Of a stretch of 64,000 nucleotides of DNA, positions 1-10,399 are shown one piece after another. The notes beneath the pieces were generated by a model, which saw only the letters and a program-made list of their open reading frames with translations, ran no database searches and had not been told where the DNA came from. Both the position numbers and the translations under genes were made by a program. How positions within the stretch are numbered: position 1 is the stretch's first letter; the number at the start of each line of letters is the position of its first letter. This stretch comes from an uncultured Veillonellaceae bacterium (lineage in GTDB: Bacteria; Bacillota; Negativicutes; JARBTT01): contig CAWDTA010000004.1 in NCBI GenBank assembly GCA_963805085.1, positions 1-64,000 on the forward strand, read 5' to 3'.

Positions 1-162
1 ATAGAGTAAAGGGCAGAAAATAATCCTGCCCCTCCTCATCAAACCGTACGTGAGGTTTTACCTCATACGGCTTTCCGACATTCTTCTTCCTTCAGCGTTC
101 GTTATCCAGCAAGTTTTAATAAACCAAGTTTGCTAGACATCTTCCGGACATCTTTGATGCCA
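1..162 (-). mobile_element. Group II intron 3' remnant (maturase C-terminus, domains V-VI)
   Basis: Minus strand reads ...KLGLLKLAG* followed by GAAAGCCGTATGAGGTAAAACCTCACGTACGGTTTGATGAGG (D5 with AGC triad) and a D6 hairpin ending ACTCTAT at base 1. Confidence 0.85.
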
Positions 163-216
163 GTGAACTGACCCCCATAAGTTAGACCTAAATCTAACTT
201 ATGGGGGTCAGTTCAC
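163..216. repeat. Perfect palindrome made of two fused IS3/IS150-type terminal repeats (MITE-like scar)
   Basis: GTGAACTGACCCCCATAAGTTAGA-cctaaa-TCTAACTTATGGGGGTCAGTTCAC. The arm resembles the IS end at 24199 (TGATCTGACCCCAAAAAGTTAGA). Confidence 0.8.
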
Positions 217-448
217 GTTTCATTATATTAGCTATGTCTTCTTCTCTTTCTTGCAATAGCAAATGGGCATGATTATCCATTATGCAAAATGCTATAAGAC
301 CATATCGGTTATTATCTTTTTTCGTTTTTAGTATTTCTATAAAGTGCATTTTATCTTGGTCATCTATGAATATATCTTTTCGATCGTTACCTCTTATCAT
401 TATATGGTAATACCCTGTATTACTTTTATCTCTTTGCTGTCTTGGCAT
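194..448 (-). pseudogene. REP-associated tyrosine transposase (RAYT, Y1 HUH family), C-terminally truncated
   Basis: MPRQQR..GYYHIMIRGNDRKDIF..AFCIMDNHAHLLL contains the HUH motif. The sequence is cut by the palindrome at 216, before the catalytic tyrosine. Confidence 0.85.
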
Positions 449-497
449 GATAATCCGCTCCTTTTTCCCAGATTATCATGCCAAATTAGTTTAGGCA

Positions 498-521
498 AGC
501 CAAAAAACCGTCACTTTATCT
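498..521 (+). repeat. REP-like site upstream of the RAYT gene
   Basis: AGCCAAAAAACCGTCACTTTATCT lies 50 bp upstream of the RAYT start and coincides with the truncation point of IS630 orfB. Confidence 0.55.
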
Positions 522-1117
522 TAAACCACGTTTGATGAATGGCTTGATAGTCTCTGATCATGGATTCATCTTCAAAGAGAATTCGTTGGATATCATCATT
601 CAAGAGTTTTTTTTACAATTTCGAAATTTTGTACAAACTGCTCTTGTTTTTCCTTATCTGCTTTTGCAAGTACATAGGTTGGTCGGGTGTAGGAAAGTCC
701 CATACGCTTTAGCAGGCCAGTAATTCCGCGGATGGAATAGTCATAACCATATTCTCTTTTTATATACTTGCCAATCAAACCTGCTGTCCAATTAAAGTCT
801 GTTGAAAATCCGACATCAGACGGTACGCTGTTTAGAATAACTTGTTTTAATACATTTCGTTGTTCATGAGTAAGTCGAACTGGCCTTCCCGGTATCGACT
901 TGTCAGGAATTCCAGCAATACCTTCTTTTTTATATGTTTTGTGAACATTGCAAACTGTAATTGCTGTTATTCCTATAATGTCCGATATTTCGTTACAGAT
1001 CTTGCCCGAAAGAAACAAATATAGGGCTTGATATCTTTTATAAACACGTACTATTTTCTCTTTATCCATCGCAATTTTAATTGCGTTTAATTCTTCTTGC
1101 GTTGCTCTTATTTTCAT
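522..1117 (-). mobile_element. IS630-family transposase, truncated (HTH orfA 596-1117 plus start of frameshifted DDE orfB)
   Basis: orfA has a winged HTH and LSYTRPTYVLAKAD. After an A-run the other frame reads RILFEDESMIRDYQAIHQTWF and then breaks off near 522. Confidence 0.85.
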
Positions 1118-1317
1118 AATTTGCCACCATCCCTGTTAGTTTACTTTTTTATATTGGCAAATTCACTTAAAAACTTTAATTCATCTTATATAGAGAAATA
1201 AATTAACTCATAATTATTATAAATAAACACCACACCCTTGTAGAATCAAAGCTTTGCTCATCTTCCAAAAGATACAATTATCTGAAAGATTGTCTATTTC
1301 ACCTTTTCGGGTGGATA

Positions 1318-1588
1318 GGCAGAAATTGCTTACTATCCATGTTATTACAAACCAGATAAACATATTTTTTATACCATAGCGCTGTGAACCGTGAAAAAAT
1401 GTAAATATAAATAATAGAATAAATATAATTGATGTCAATACCGTTAGTGTGCTATTAATATTTAATCTCATAAGAAATGTACAAACAGCTATAATCAATA
1501 CACAAGCCCATTTAAAATAATCTAAAAATTTATTTTTACTTATATTGACTATAGCATTTGTATTGGTACTAGTTTATAAATCAAGCAT
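1318..1588 (-). pseudogene. CruF/DUF422-like membrane protein remnant
   Basis: FHGSQRYGIKNMFIWFVITWIVSNF motif; ATG at 1588 with an RBS, early stops and a 3' truncation. Confidence 0.5.
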
Positions 1589-1934
1589 AATAACCCCCTC
1601 CTGCAGTGGCTTTGGGCTTTGCAGGTAAATCTCCCTTGTAGTTTACAAATAAAGGGATGCTACTATTTACCATTAAATTTTTCTTTGACAAAAAAAACAC
1701 TCCTTTAATTTTTTAAAAATTTTTAGATATTATTTCATAGTAAGTATATGCCTAGAAATAAATTGACTCACAGTGATTATAAATAAACACTGCGTTGATA
1801 TTTAACTTTATATTTATTATAATATTGGTAATCAAAGAATGCACTAATCAATAATCTGATTTGTGTTTTATATTAGACAGAGTAACCCCAAAATGTTCAT
1901 TATTATATTTTTAAGTGAAGGGATATATATTAAT

Positions 1935-2582
1935 ATGGATAAACAGATTACGGACAGAAGAATTAGGAAAACTAAAAAATTGCTGAGAGATACCCTTATT
2001 GAATTAATGAATGAAAAGTCTATAGAAAATATTACCATTAAAGATTTAACAGAAAGAGCCGATCTGAATCGCGGTACTTTTTATTTACACTATCGTGACA
2101 TATTTGACTTACTAGATCAATGCGAAATTGAAATGCTCCAGGAAATGAGTGAACTTTTAAGTAAAATTGACCCTTCATCATTTATTGAATATAATTCAAT
2201 AAATGAATCATATCCTCCTTTAGTTGAACTATTTGAATGGTTTAAAAATAATTTAAATTTTGGTAACGCATTAATGGGATCCAATGGAGGTATTTCATTT
2301 TTAGAAAAAATAAAAACCGTGGTTGAAAATGAACTTTACAAAAGACAGTATAAAATTGACCCCCAAAATAGTAATTCAGCATTTAGTAAGTATTTTTATG
2401 CCTATATAATATTTGGGTTTTTAGGAATTATTAAACAATGGTTTGAGAATGATGCCTCCACTCCACCAAAGGAAATGGCACTGATTTTAACAAAAATTGC
2501 ATTAAATGGGTTTCAAACAGGGGTGGCAAGCCGAAACCCACAAAAGCCACAAAATTGGTTAATATTTCCGGAAACTTTTTAA
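1935..2582 (+). CDS. TetR/AcrR family regulator
   Basis: DRRIRKTKKLLRD..ITIKDLTERADLNRGTFYLHY HTH; likely start at ATG 1935. Confidence 0.9.
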   Translation: MDKQITDRRIRKTKKLLRDTLIELMNEKSIENITIKDLTERADLNRGTFYLHYRDIFDLLDQCEIEMLQEMSELLSKIDPSSFIEYNSINESYPPLVELFEWFKNNLNFGNALMGSNGGISFLEKIKTVVENELYKRQYKIDPQNSNSAFSKYFYAYIIFGFLGIIKQWFENDASTPPKEMALILTKIALNGFQTGVASRNPQKPQNWLIFPETF

Positions 2583-2727
2583 ATCCGTTTGAAGATAGTT
2601 CAGTATAACGTACAGTATGCTGAATATATTTATGCCCCAAATAAAACTGAATACTTCGAGTATCTTGTCCGTCATTGGCAAGTTTATATCCGGTTGCATG
2701 TCGCTGCATGTAATGATGAACAGGCAT
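2555..2727 (-). pseudogene. FimB/FimE-like tyrosine recombinase C-terminal remnant
   Basis: HHYMQRHATGYKLANDGQDTRSIQFYLGHKYIQHTVRYT is a degenerate HxLRH..LGH..Y motif; no N-terminus is present. Confidence 0.75.
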
Positions 2728-2908
2728 ACCAAGAGCTCTTAGCGTACATTAAAAATAAAGTCTGTCAAGATAGCTTAAATTTAAGCTACCTGACAGACTT
2801 TATTTTTACGTGTATGAACATTGCTGATATTATTCGTCTCTTTCCTTAGCATATGAAATACGCGTTTTGTTGGCACTACCCCATTTAGAAAAATATTTAA
2901 TTAAGTAT

Positions 2909-2950
2909 AAACTAGTAGACAAATATACGCTTCACCTTGTCCACTAGTTT
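2909..2950 (+). repeat. REP-like site with extended stem (may also terminate gltS)
   Basis: AAACTAGTAGACAAATATACGCTTCACCTTGTCCACTAGTTT; the core matches the sites at 12952 and 27606. Confidence 0.7.
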
Positions 2951-2967
2951 TTACAAAGCGAATGCCG

Positions 2968-4191
2968 TTATCGAAACATGGATGCCATGCCGGTGATAAT
3001 CAATGCGTTAGCAAAATCAATAAGGAAGGCTCCTACCAAGGAAACAATCATAAGGGCTTGCGGGGCAGGACCATATTTTTCACTTAAAGATGCCATATTC
3101 ACTAAGGCATTTGGTGTGGCTCCCAAACCGAAACCCACCATTCCTACAGAGGCTTGTGCAGCATCATAGGTGCGACCCATAACGAAGTAAACAACAAGCC
3201 AACAAAATAAGGCCATTAGAACAATTTGTCCAAGTAAGATTATCAGTAAGGGAAATGCAAGATTGATAAGTTCCCACAGTTTTAAACCATTAATTGCCAT
3301 GGTTAGATAAACAGCCAACGAAATTTCTGAAATTACTTCAAGTGCACTGCCATTGATTTCATAAGTTTTAGTGAGATCGGATATATTACGAATTATCGCA
3401 GCCACAATCATAGCTCCAATATACCCCGGAAGTGTAATTCCTGTTTTGGTTAAGTAGAAACTGAAGATAGAGCCCAACCCCATCGCAACAAGTACGAATG
3501 CCAGTGTTTTTATTAAACTATCACTGCTAACAGAACCTTCTTCTACCTCTACAGCTATGTTAGAATCCACTGCAATACCATTTTTCAGTGGAGTAGGCAC
3601 CTTGTATTTTTTTATTAATGATTCACCTAAGGGTCCGCCCATCAAGCTGCCTGCAACCATACCAAAGGTTGCGCATGCTATGGCAGCAGTAGTTGCTCCA
3701 GTTACGCCCCACTCTTCAAAGAGCGGACCAAAGGCACCACCTGTTCCCAGGCCCCCCATCAGCGTCACTGCACCACTAATAATACCAAAAAGCGGATCAA
3801 TGCCAGTAACCTTGGCAAGACCAATGCCGACAACGTTTTGAAGCACTGCCAGTACAACGGATAACAAAAAGAAAATAATGAGCGGCATACCGCCTTTTTT
3901 CAGAAGCGTGACACTGGCCCCCATGCCAATTGTACAAAAAAACATAATCATGAGCGCCGTTTGCATTGTACTATCCAATTCAAATCCTAAAATCCCCTGT
4001 GTACGCAAGAAAGTAGATAAACCAGCAAAAATTAGACCACCAATCACAGGTGCCGGAATACTCAGGCGTATCAGTACTGGTATTTTACGCCTGATAAATG
4101 AACCCAGAAAGTACACACCAAGAGCCAAAGCAACTGTTTGAATCATGCTTAGATTGTAAATTAAAAGACCGCTTACGATTTTAGATTCCAT
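2968..4191 (-). CDS. gltS: Sodium/glutamate symporter
   Basis: SIPAPVIGGL, GGLGTGGAFGP and GFGLGATPNALVNM motifs; likely start ATG 4191 after a GAGGAG RBS. Confidence 0.9.
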   Translation of the reverse strand: MESKIVSGLLIYNLSMIQTVALALGVYFLGSFIRRKIPVLIRLSIPAPVIGGLIFAGLSTFLRTQGILGFELDSTMQTALMIMFFCTIGMGASVTLLKKGGMPLIIFFLLSVVLAVLQNVVGIGLAKVTGIDPLFGIISGAVTLMGGLGTGGAFGPLFEEWGVTGATTAAIACATFGMVAGSLMGGPLGESLIKKYKVPTPLKNGIAVDSNIAVEVEEGSVSSDSLIKTLAFVLVAMGLGSIFSFYLTKTGITLPGYIGAMIVAAIIRNISDLTKTYEINGSALEVISEISLAVYLTMAINGLKLWELINLAFPLLIILLGQIVLMALFCWLVVYFVMGRTYDAAQASVGMVGFGLGATPNALVNMASLSEKYGPAPQALMIVSLVGAFLIDFANALIITGMASMFR

Positions 4192-4381
4192 AATATAACT
4201 CCTCTTAAATTTAGTTTCATATCTGGACCCATTCCCTTCGCCAGACACTGACATATCCGTGATTTTTCGGGAGAACGAAGTTTTGACAACCTTGTATACA
4301 TTATAAAGTTGAGTTACAATAGAATCAAATACATATATTAATATAAATAATATAACCATTTAGTTATATAGTGGAGGCATT

Positions 4382-5353
4382 ATGTTTAGAGGAAAAGAAT
4401 ATATTTATGAAGTATACAAAGAACAAAGCTTTTCAAAAGCAGCACAAAATCTCTATATCAGCCAACCAGCTTTAAGCGCTTCAATCAAAAAAATTGAAAA
4501 ACGCCTCGGCTGCTCAATATTTGACCGAAGCAGTAACCCTGTTCACTTAACAGAAGCTGGCATTGAATATGTAAAATCCATAGAAAAAATTATGGATATT
4601 GAAAATCGATTTGAAAGCTACCTCAGCCATTTAAGTCAATTAAAAACAGGTCGCCTTTCTATTGGCGCAAGCAATGTTTTTGCTTCATTTATTCTTCCGG
4701 AAATCATCACCAGATTCACCGCTAAGTACCCTTCTATTAAAGTAAATCTAGCGGAAGCCAATAGTACCCATTTAGAAGAACAATTATTTTCGGGCGCACT
4801 TGATTTTGTATTTGATAATAACCCCCGGAATGAACTAATCTATGAAGAACACTTTTTCTACCGCGAATGTCTAATTCTTACCGTTCCTCAAAAATTTTCT
4901 TCAAACAGTCTCGCACAAGAGTACCAGTTATCAATAGACGATATCTTCAAAAGGATACACTTGAAACCAGAGACAAGGCCTGTGCCTTTGTCATTATTTA
5001 GCCATGATCCCTGCATTCTTTTAAGGGCTGGAAACGATACGCGAATTCGCGCAGATAAAATTTTTGAGGAACACGGCATAACGCCCAAAATCATATTAGA
5101 ATTAGATCAGTTAGCCACAGCTTATAATGCTTCCTGTTCTGGCATGGGAATTACCATCATTAGCGATATCTTAGCTCAGAAAACAAACGCTTCCTCAAAT
5201 ATGCTATATTACAAAATCAATAGTCCTCACACATTCCGCGACGTATTCTTCTACAATAAACAAAATAAATATATCACCAAAGCTATGGAAGAGTTTATAA
5301 AAATAACACAAAAAAGCGATGAATACCTAAGTACTCGCCGCTTTAGATTGTAA
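4382..5353 (+). CDS. LysR family regulator
   Basis: SFSKAAQNLYISQPALSASIKKIE HTH; divergent from gltS. Confidence 0.92.
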   Translation: MFRGKEYIYEVYKEQSFSKAAQNLYISQPALSASIKKIEKRLGCSIFDRSSNPVHLTEAGIEYVKSIEKIMDIENRFESYLSHLSQLKTGRLSIGASNVFASFILPEIITRFTAKYPSIKVNLAEANSTHLEEQLFSGALDFVFDNNPRNELIYEEHFFYRECLILTVPQKFSSNSLAQEYQLSIDDIFKRIHLKPETRPVPLSLFSHDPCILLRAGNDTRIRADKIFEEHGITPKIILELDQLATAYNASCSGMGITIISDILAQKTNASSNMLYYKINSPHTFRDVFFYNKQNKYITKAMEEFIKITQKSDEYLSTRRFRL

Positions 5354-5440
5354 AATTAATATTTTGTAGTTACCCTTATCGTCTGAATAGCTTTCCGAAA
5401 GCAAAATGACACGTACCGTTTTTTTGTCTACATTCTTCCT

Positions 5441-8400
5441 CTAGAGGACAAACAGCTTACGTATTTCATCCTCATTTAGTTTCGTCAAGAAGGTTTCCCC
5501 AGGCTCTATTAAGCTGTCAATCATTTCTCGTTTCTTCTTTTGAAGTTCATAGATTTTTTCTTCAACTGTATTTTTCGCAATAAATTTGTATACCTGTACT
5601 GAATTTTTCTGTCCAATACGATACGCTCTATCTGTTGCTTGATCCTCTACCGCAGGATTCCACCATGGATCATAATGAATAACCGTATCCGCCCCTGTCA
5701 GATTCAGTCCTGTACCACCTGCTTTAAGTGAAATGAGAAATACATCTTTAGCGCCAGAATTAAAGGAATGTACCAGTTTTATCCGATCTTGTGCTGGCGT
5801 TGACCCGTCCAAATAATAATGAGATATATCCATATTTACTAACTCTTCTTTAATCAGCGCTAACATACCTGTAAACTGAGAAAAAACAAGTACCTTATGT
5901 CCACCGCTTACTGCCTCTTTGATAATCTCCTTAAAAACTTCAAGCTTTCCGCTGCCACCATGATAATCCTCAATAAATAGGGATGGATGACAGCAAAGCT
6001 GTCTTAACCTTGTGAGCAGTGCTAAAATTTTTATTTGACTTCTTGAAAAACCATGCGCGGCAATTTCAGTTTCAAGCTCTTTTCTCGCCTGCATCGCCCA
6101 CGCAGTGTAAAGCTTTGTCTGCTCATCTGTCATCTCACAGCTCAGTTTACTTTCCACTTTTTCTGGCAGTTCCTTAAGCACGGCTTTTTTCATCCGCCGC
6201 ATAATGAAGGGCTTGATATGGCGACTAAGTTCACTGAGGGCTTGTTTATCCTGATTTTTTACAATAGGCTGCTCAAACTTACTGGTAAAGGTTTTATGAT
6301 TCTGCAAGTAGCCTGGCATAATAAAATCAAAAATTGACCATAACTCTGTTAGCGTATTCTCAATCGGTGTGCCTGTCAGCGCAAAATAATTTTTAGCTTT
6401 AATTTTTTTGACGGTTTTCGCATTCAACGTATTCGGGTTTTTCACATGTTGTGCCTCGTCTAAAAAGCAATACAGAAATTTCTTTTTTTCATAAAACTCA
6501 ATATCCCGCTTAATCAAGGCATACGAGGTTACTACCAAATCCACTTCGTCAATTTCTTGAAGCTGCGCTGCCCGCTCTTCAGGATCACCTGATACCACCA
6601 AAGTTCTTAGGCTCGGCGCAAATTTTTGCACTTCCTCTTCCCAATTATAGACAAGTGAAGTAGGTGCGATGACTAGCGAAGGCTCGGCCTTATCCGTCTT
6701 TTCAGATAATAAAAAGGTAAGAACCTGCAAGGTTTTCCCCAAGCCCATATCATCTGCTAAAATACCGCCAAAGCCATAGCTTGCCAAAGATTTTAACCAT
6801 TTGAATCCTGTTTCCTGATAGCCTCTGAGTTTACCCTGTATACCGTCTGGAACCTGATACTCTACATCCTCTGGCTCTTTTATATCCTGTACCATTTTCT
6901 TAAAAGCACTGCTACGCTCCATATGAAATTCCCCAGTTTCCCGAGCCAAGCTATCTAAATATAAGGCACGATACTTCGGGAGTTCAATGACCTTCTTCTG
7001 TAAATCACTTGAACGGACACCAAGCTGGGTAAGCAGCCTTGCGCTAACTTCAAATTCCGGTGAATCAAGCGGGATAAATGCCCCATTCTGCAAACGATGA
7101 TAACGCTTTTTTACCTTATAAGCACTTAATATCTCCATAAGTTCTTTCAGCGAGATATCTTCATAGTTCAGCGAAAGTTCCAGCATATCGGTTTCTGTAT
7201 TAAGACGAACCCCTGCAGAAATACTGTTACCCTCTTTAATACGAATATTTTTAAACGCATCCGTATAAAAAACTTCAGCAATGTCCTTTAATTCCACAAG
7301 TCCCTCCTGCAGAAACAAATAAACCTTTTCTTCATCCAATTGTACCAATTGTCCATTTTCCCAAGAAAAATTATACTTGCGAAACAAATTTAATAGCTGT
7401 GTTTCTTCAACAGTAGAACGTAAAAGCACCTTATCATCAATTATGATTTCACTTTGCGCCTTATCATCCTTAAATTGCAATACTTTTTCTCCATAACGAA
7501 ATTCAACCCGAGCGCTCATGCCACCCTCTAGCTTATCTAAATATACAGCTTTCTCAAGGCTCTGGCGCGAATACTTCGCTAAAACATTAGATTTAAGCTT
7601 AACCGCACTGATTTTTTCAAGAGCAGGGAGCATCCCTGAAAAAAACTCTGAAGCACTGCTTTCTGGTATATCTACACTCACTGCATGCTCTGCTGAAAAG
7701 CAATTGAGGATTGGTTTTATATACTGGGAAAACTCAGCATCCACCTGATAGATTTTTTGCTGATAATATATATATTCAAAATCGGTATCTAGTCCATATA
7801 TAACATCCCCTGGCGCTAGTTCAAGCGCCAGACGGACACCGCCTTTGATATGGCTAAGCGTCAAATTCAGCTGAGGCCGCCCACGTTCAATGGTAATCCC
7901 TTTAATCTTTTCATCATTCATTTCTAAATCAAAGGCTCGTTCAGCCATGCAGGAAAAAAACTGCTGCAGCGTACGATTGGTCAGTGCGTAATGCCGCGCA
8001 TCAGAGAAAGCCGACCCGTAACTTGCATAATAGTTCCAGCTGCTACGCTGTTTTTCTTCTACATAGCTTTGATACAGCATATCCACAAGTTGCTGTGAGT
8101 CTGTATCAAATACCATGCTTTGTGATTCAAAAGCAAAATTTTTTCCATAATATAAAACCCTGTTAGTTTCTAGTGCCTCCATCAACTGTGGGATATGCTT
8201 TACTACATACATCCGTTCATTACCAATCAAGAATTTTAGTGAATTTTTTTTTTGCCCAGAAACAATGGAAAATGCGTAGGTGGGAGTAAGACGAATAGGG
8301 TCTGGCGATATTTTACTATGCAAAACTTCAGACTTTTGCATAAAAAATCTCAGCATTTCCTGTGCTGGTCTTGTCAACTGCACCTTTGGTTTCATTTGTT

Positions 8401-8746
8401 TCTCTGAGAAACGAATAACCTTACTTTCTTTAGAAAAATAGCTATCCCATTCATCTTTAATCGTCTTCAGTACCGCTACAATATGCTTACACGCCCCGTT
8501 ATACTCATAAAAAGCAGGACAATCACAATTATAGCTTTTTATTTTGTTATGCTTATCAAACTCTATGGAAACGTCATAAAGTTCGCGTCCTAGAACTTGA
8601 GCCACAAATAAATTTTCATTCGAGAAGAATTCGATATCTTCTACATGGCCCGTCTCATAATAATAACAGCCCTTTTTATAAGACGAGCCCATAGCCGCTT
8701 GATGTTTTATGATATCTTCCGACAACATAGTATTACTCCCCTGCAC
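5441..8746 (-). CDS. SWIM zinc finger SNF2-family helicase
   Basis: CDCP..CKH SWIM motif, LADDMGLGKT, DEAQ and QATDRAYRIGQ helicase motifs. Confidence 0.95.
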   Translation of the reverse strand: MQGSNTMLSEDIIKHQAAMGSSYKKGCYYYETGHVEDIEFFSNENLFVAQVLGRELYDVSIEFDKHNKIKSYNCDCPAFYEYNGACKHIVAVLKTIKDEWDSYFSKESKVIRFSEKQMKPKVQLTRPAQEMLRFFMQKSEVLHSKISPDPIRLTPTYAFSIVSGQKKNSLKFLIGNERMYVVKHIPQLMEALETNRVLYYGKNFAFESQSMVFDTDSQQLVDMLYQSYVEEKQRSSWNYYASYGSAFSDARHYALTNRTLQQFFSCMAERAFDLEMNDEKIKGITIERGRPQLNLTLSHIKGGVRLALELAPGDVIYGLDTDFEYIYYQQKIYQVDAEFSQYIKPILNCFSAEHAVSVDIPESSASEFFSGMLPALEKISAVKLKSNVLAKYSRQSLEKAVYLDKLEGGMSARVEFRYGEKVLQFKDDKAQSEIIIDDKVLLRSTVEETQLLNLFRKYNFSWENGQLVQLDEEKVYLFLQEGLVELKDIAEVFYTDAFKNIRIKEGNSISAGVRLNTETDMLELSLNYEDISLKELMEILSAYKVKKRYHRLQNGAFIPLDSPEFEVSARLLTQLGVRSSDLQKKVIELPKYRALYLDSLARETGEFHMERSSAFKKMVQDIKEPEDVEYQVPDGIQGKLRGYQETGFKWLKSLASYGFGGILADDMGLGKTLQVLTFLLSEKTDKAEPSLVIAPTSLVYNWEEEVQKFAPSLRTLVVSGDPEERAAQLQEIDEVDLVVTSYALIKRDIEFYEKKKFLYCFLDEAQHVKNPNTLNAKTVKKIKAKNYFALTGTPIENTLTELWSIFDFIMPGYLQNHKTFTSKFEQPIVKNQDKQALSELSRHIKPFIMRRMKKAVLKELPEKVESKLSCEMTDEQTKLYTAWAMQARKELETEIAAHGFSRSQIKILALLTRLRQLCCHPSLFIEDYHGGSGKLEVFKEIIKEAVSGGHKVLVFSQFTGMLALIKEELVNMDISHYYLDGSTPAQDRIKLVHSFNSGAKDVFLISLKAGGTGLNLTGADTVIHYDPWWNPAVEDQATDRAYRIGQKNSVQVYKFIAKNTVEEKIYELQKKKREMIDSLIEPGETFLTKLNEDEIRKLFVL

Positions 8747-8979
8747 TATTAAATTTCTTAAAATTTACAATTTCATTATTATAACATAGTCAGAGAGTAA
8801 ATACGACAAGGACCCACCTCGCAGTCTTCAAATAAAGAAATACTCCAACAGATAAAGTCATGAATTAAATAATTTATCATACTCATTTATAATTGAATGA
8901 ATAAATCGGAAAATCACGCTTAGACTAGTTATAATAGCATTGATAGAAAACGTTTGATTATTAAGGGAGGTATTTACAG

Positions 8980-9483
8980 ATGAAAGAAATATTTGACAGA
9001 AGAAGCATCCGTAAGTTCAAAAATCAGTCTGTGGGGGCAGAGAAAATTGACCGTTTGCTCAGAGCAGCCATGCAGGCTCCTTCAGCCGCCAATCAACAGC
9101 CATGGGAATTTATCGTTGTGCAAGAAAAAGGCATGCTAGAGAAACTCTCGCAAGTCTCACCTTATGCCAAGCCAGCTGCACATTCAGCGGTTACCTTTGT
9201 ACTACTAGCAAATGAAAATGAACTAAAAGTACCTACTGCCTGGGAGCAAGATATGAGTGCTGCAGCTCAGAATCTATTGCTAGAAGCAGTTCATCTGGAA
9301 CTCGGAGGTGTATGGTTTGGAGTCGCAACAGCAGACTTTGTCGCCGAAAATGTACGCAGCTTATTTGATCTTCCTAATCACCTAAAACCATTTGCATTGA
9401 TTTCCGTAGGCTATCCTGATGGACAAAAAAATGAGTTCATTGACCGTTACAAGGCTGAAAAAGTACATGATGAAAAATGGTAA
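8980..9483 (+). CDS. Nitroreductase family protein
   Basis: RRSIRKF..APSAANQQPWEF. Confidence 0.92.
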   Translation: MKEIFDRRSIRKFKNQSVGAEKIDRLLRAAMQAPSAANQQPWEFIVVQEKGMLEKLSQVSPYAKPAAHSAVTFVLLANENELKVPTAWEQDMSAAAQNLLLEAVHLELGGVWFGVATADFVAENVRSLFDLPNHLKPFALISVGYPDGQKNEFIDRYKAEKVHDEKW

Positions 9484-9517
9484 TACCTCTCTTATTACTC
9501 CATGTTTAAAGAAATTA

Positions 9518-9574
9518 CAGGACGGTTCTATGTGCCCCAATATAAAAAGCAGACAATAGCACCGTCCTTCATCT
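9518..9574. repeat. Inverted pair of REP-like sites
   Basis: CAGGACGGTTCTATGTGCC (reverse orientation) and AGACAATAGCACCGTCCTTCATCT (forward). Confidence 0.65.
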
Positions 9575-9739
9575 GATGACCAAAACTATAACAGATTTTG
9601 CTTCTATCATGATGTCAGTAGGCTTGTGTCCTTGAGGTGCATGGTCAAATCTTTCAATAGATGCGACTCCAATAAGATCAATACCTGATTTTTTTGTTTT
9701 TAGCACGAATTCTGTTTTAATGCGAGATGATTGTAACAT
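9569..9739 (-). pseudogene. Epoxyqueuosine-reductase-like Fe-S protein, N-terminal fragment
   Basis: GIDLIGVASIERFDHAPQGHKPTDIMIEAKSVIVL with a GAGGAG RBS; the ORF ends inside the REP-like site. Confidence 0.65.
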
Positions 9740-9740
9740 A

Positions 9741-10331
9741 TCATCGTTCTCCTCGTCTTGTTGGATTACCACCATTATTGCTCTGCCCACGTCTATATTC
9801 ACTAGAGGAACAACCCATTTCAGCACGAAAAACAAGATAAAAACTAGATAAACTAGCAAATCCAACCTCCAATGAAATATCCATAATGCTCATTGTACTG
9901 CTATCTAATAGTTCAATTGCCTTCTCAATTCTAAGTGCGCTCAAATATTTTTTTGGTGTCCGACTAACGAACTTTTTAAACATGCGCTGAAAATGAGACG
10001 AACTGACATTTAAACGCAAAGGAAGTTCTCGTAATAATATCAGGTTAAAATATTCCTGTTTCATAATGTCACAAGCGGCCTTGACCAGCTCTAGCTCAGG
10101 CATATACTGCGCCCCTAAATCTGGTCGGCAACGTTTACATATACGGTATCCTTGCCGTAATGCATCGTCTAACGTAGTGAAGAAACTGACATTATTGCGA
10201 TTGGGGACCTTTGACTTGCAAGAAGGACGACATACTATACCAGTCGTTTTTACGGCGTAAAAAAAAGCACCATCATACTTACTGTCGCACTGCTTTACAG
10301 CTTTCCATTGCTCTTCTTTTAATAATACCAT
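9741..10331 (-). CDS. adaA: AdaA-type methylphosphotriester methyltransferase / AraC activator
   Basis: AVKTTGIVCRPSC..CKRC Ada zinc site plus an AraC HTH. Confidence 0.88.
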   Translation of the reverse strand: MVLLKEEQWKAVKQCDSKYDGAFFYAVKTTGIVCRPSCKSKVPNRNNVSFFTTLDDALRQGYRICKRCRPDLGAQYMPELELVKAACDIMKQEYFNLILLRELPLRLNVSSSHFQRMFKKFVSRTPKKYLSALRIEKAIELLDSSTMSIMDISLEVGFASLSSFYLVFRAEMGCSSSEYRRGQSNNGGNPTRRGER

Positions 10332-10399
10332 TACATATATCCTCCCATACAGTATTTAACCTCTGTTGAAAGTTATAGCTGCTCATCTATTTATATTTG

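Noticed and set aside
5441-8746. SNF2 helicase as part of a named defence system
   Set aside because: SWIM-SNF2 is a common stand-alone architecture and no partner genes are adjacent.
8805-8826. GACAAGGACCCACCTCGCAGTC as another REP-like site (also AGAAAGATGTCCCTT near 30429)
   Set aside because: Too degenerate to support by eye, although both lie at plausible junctions.
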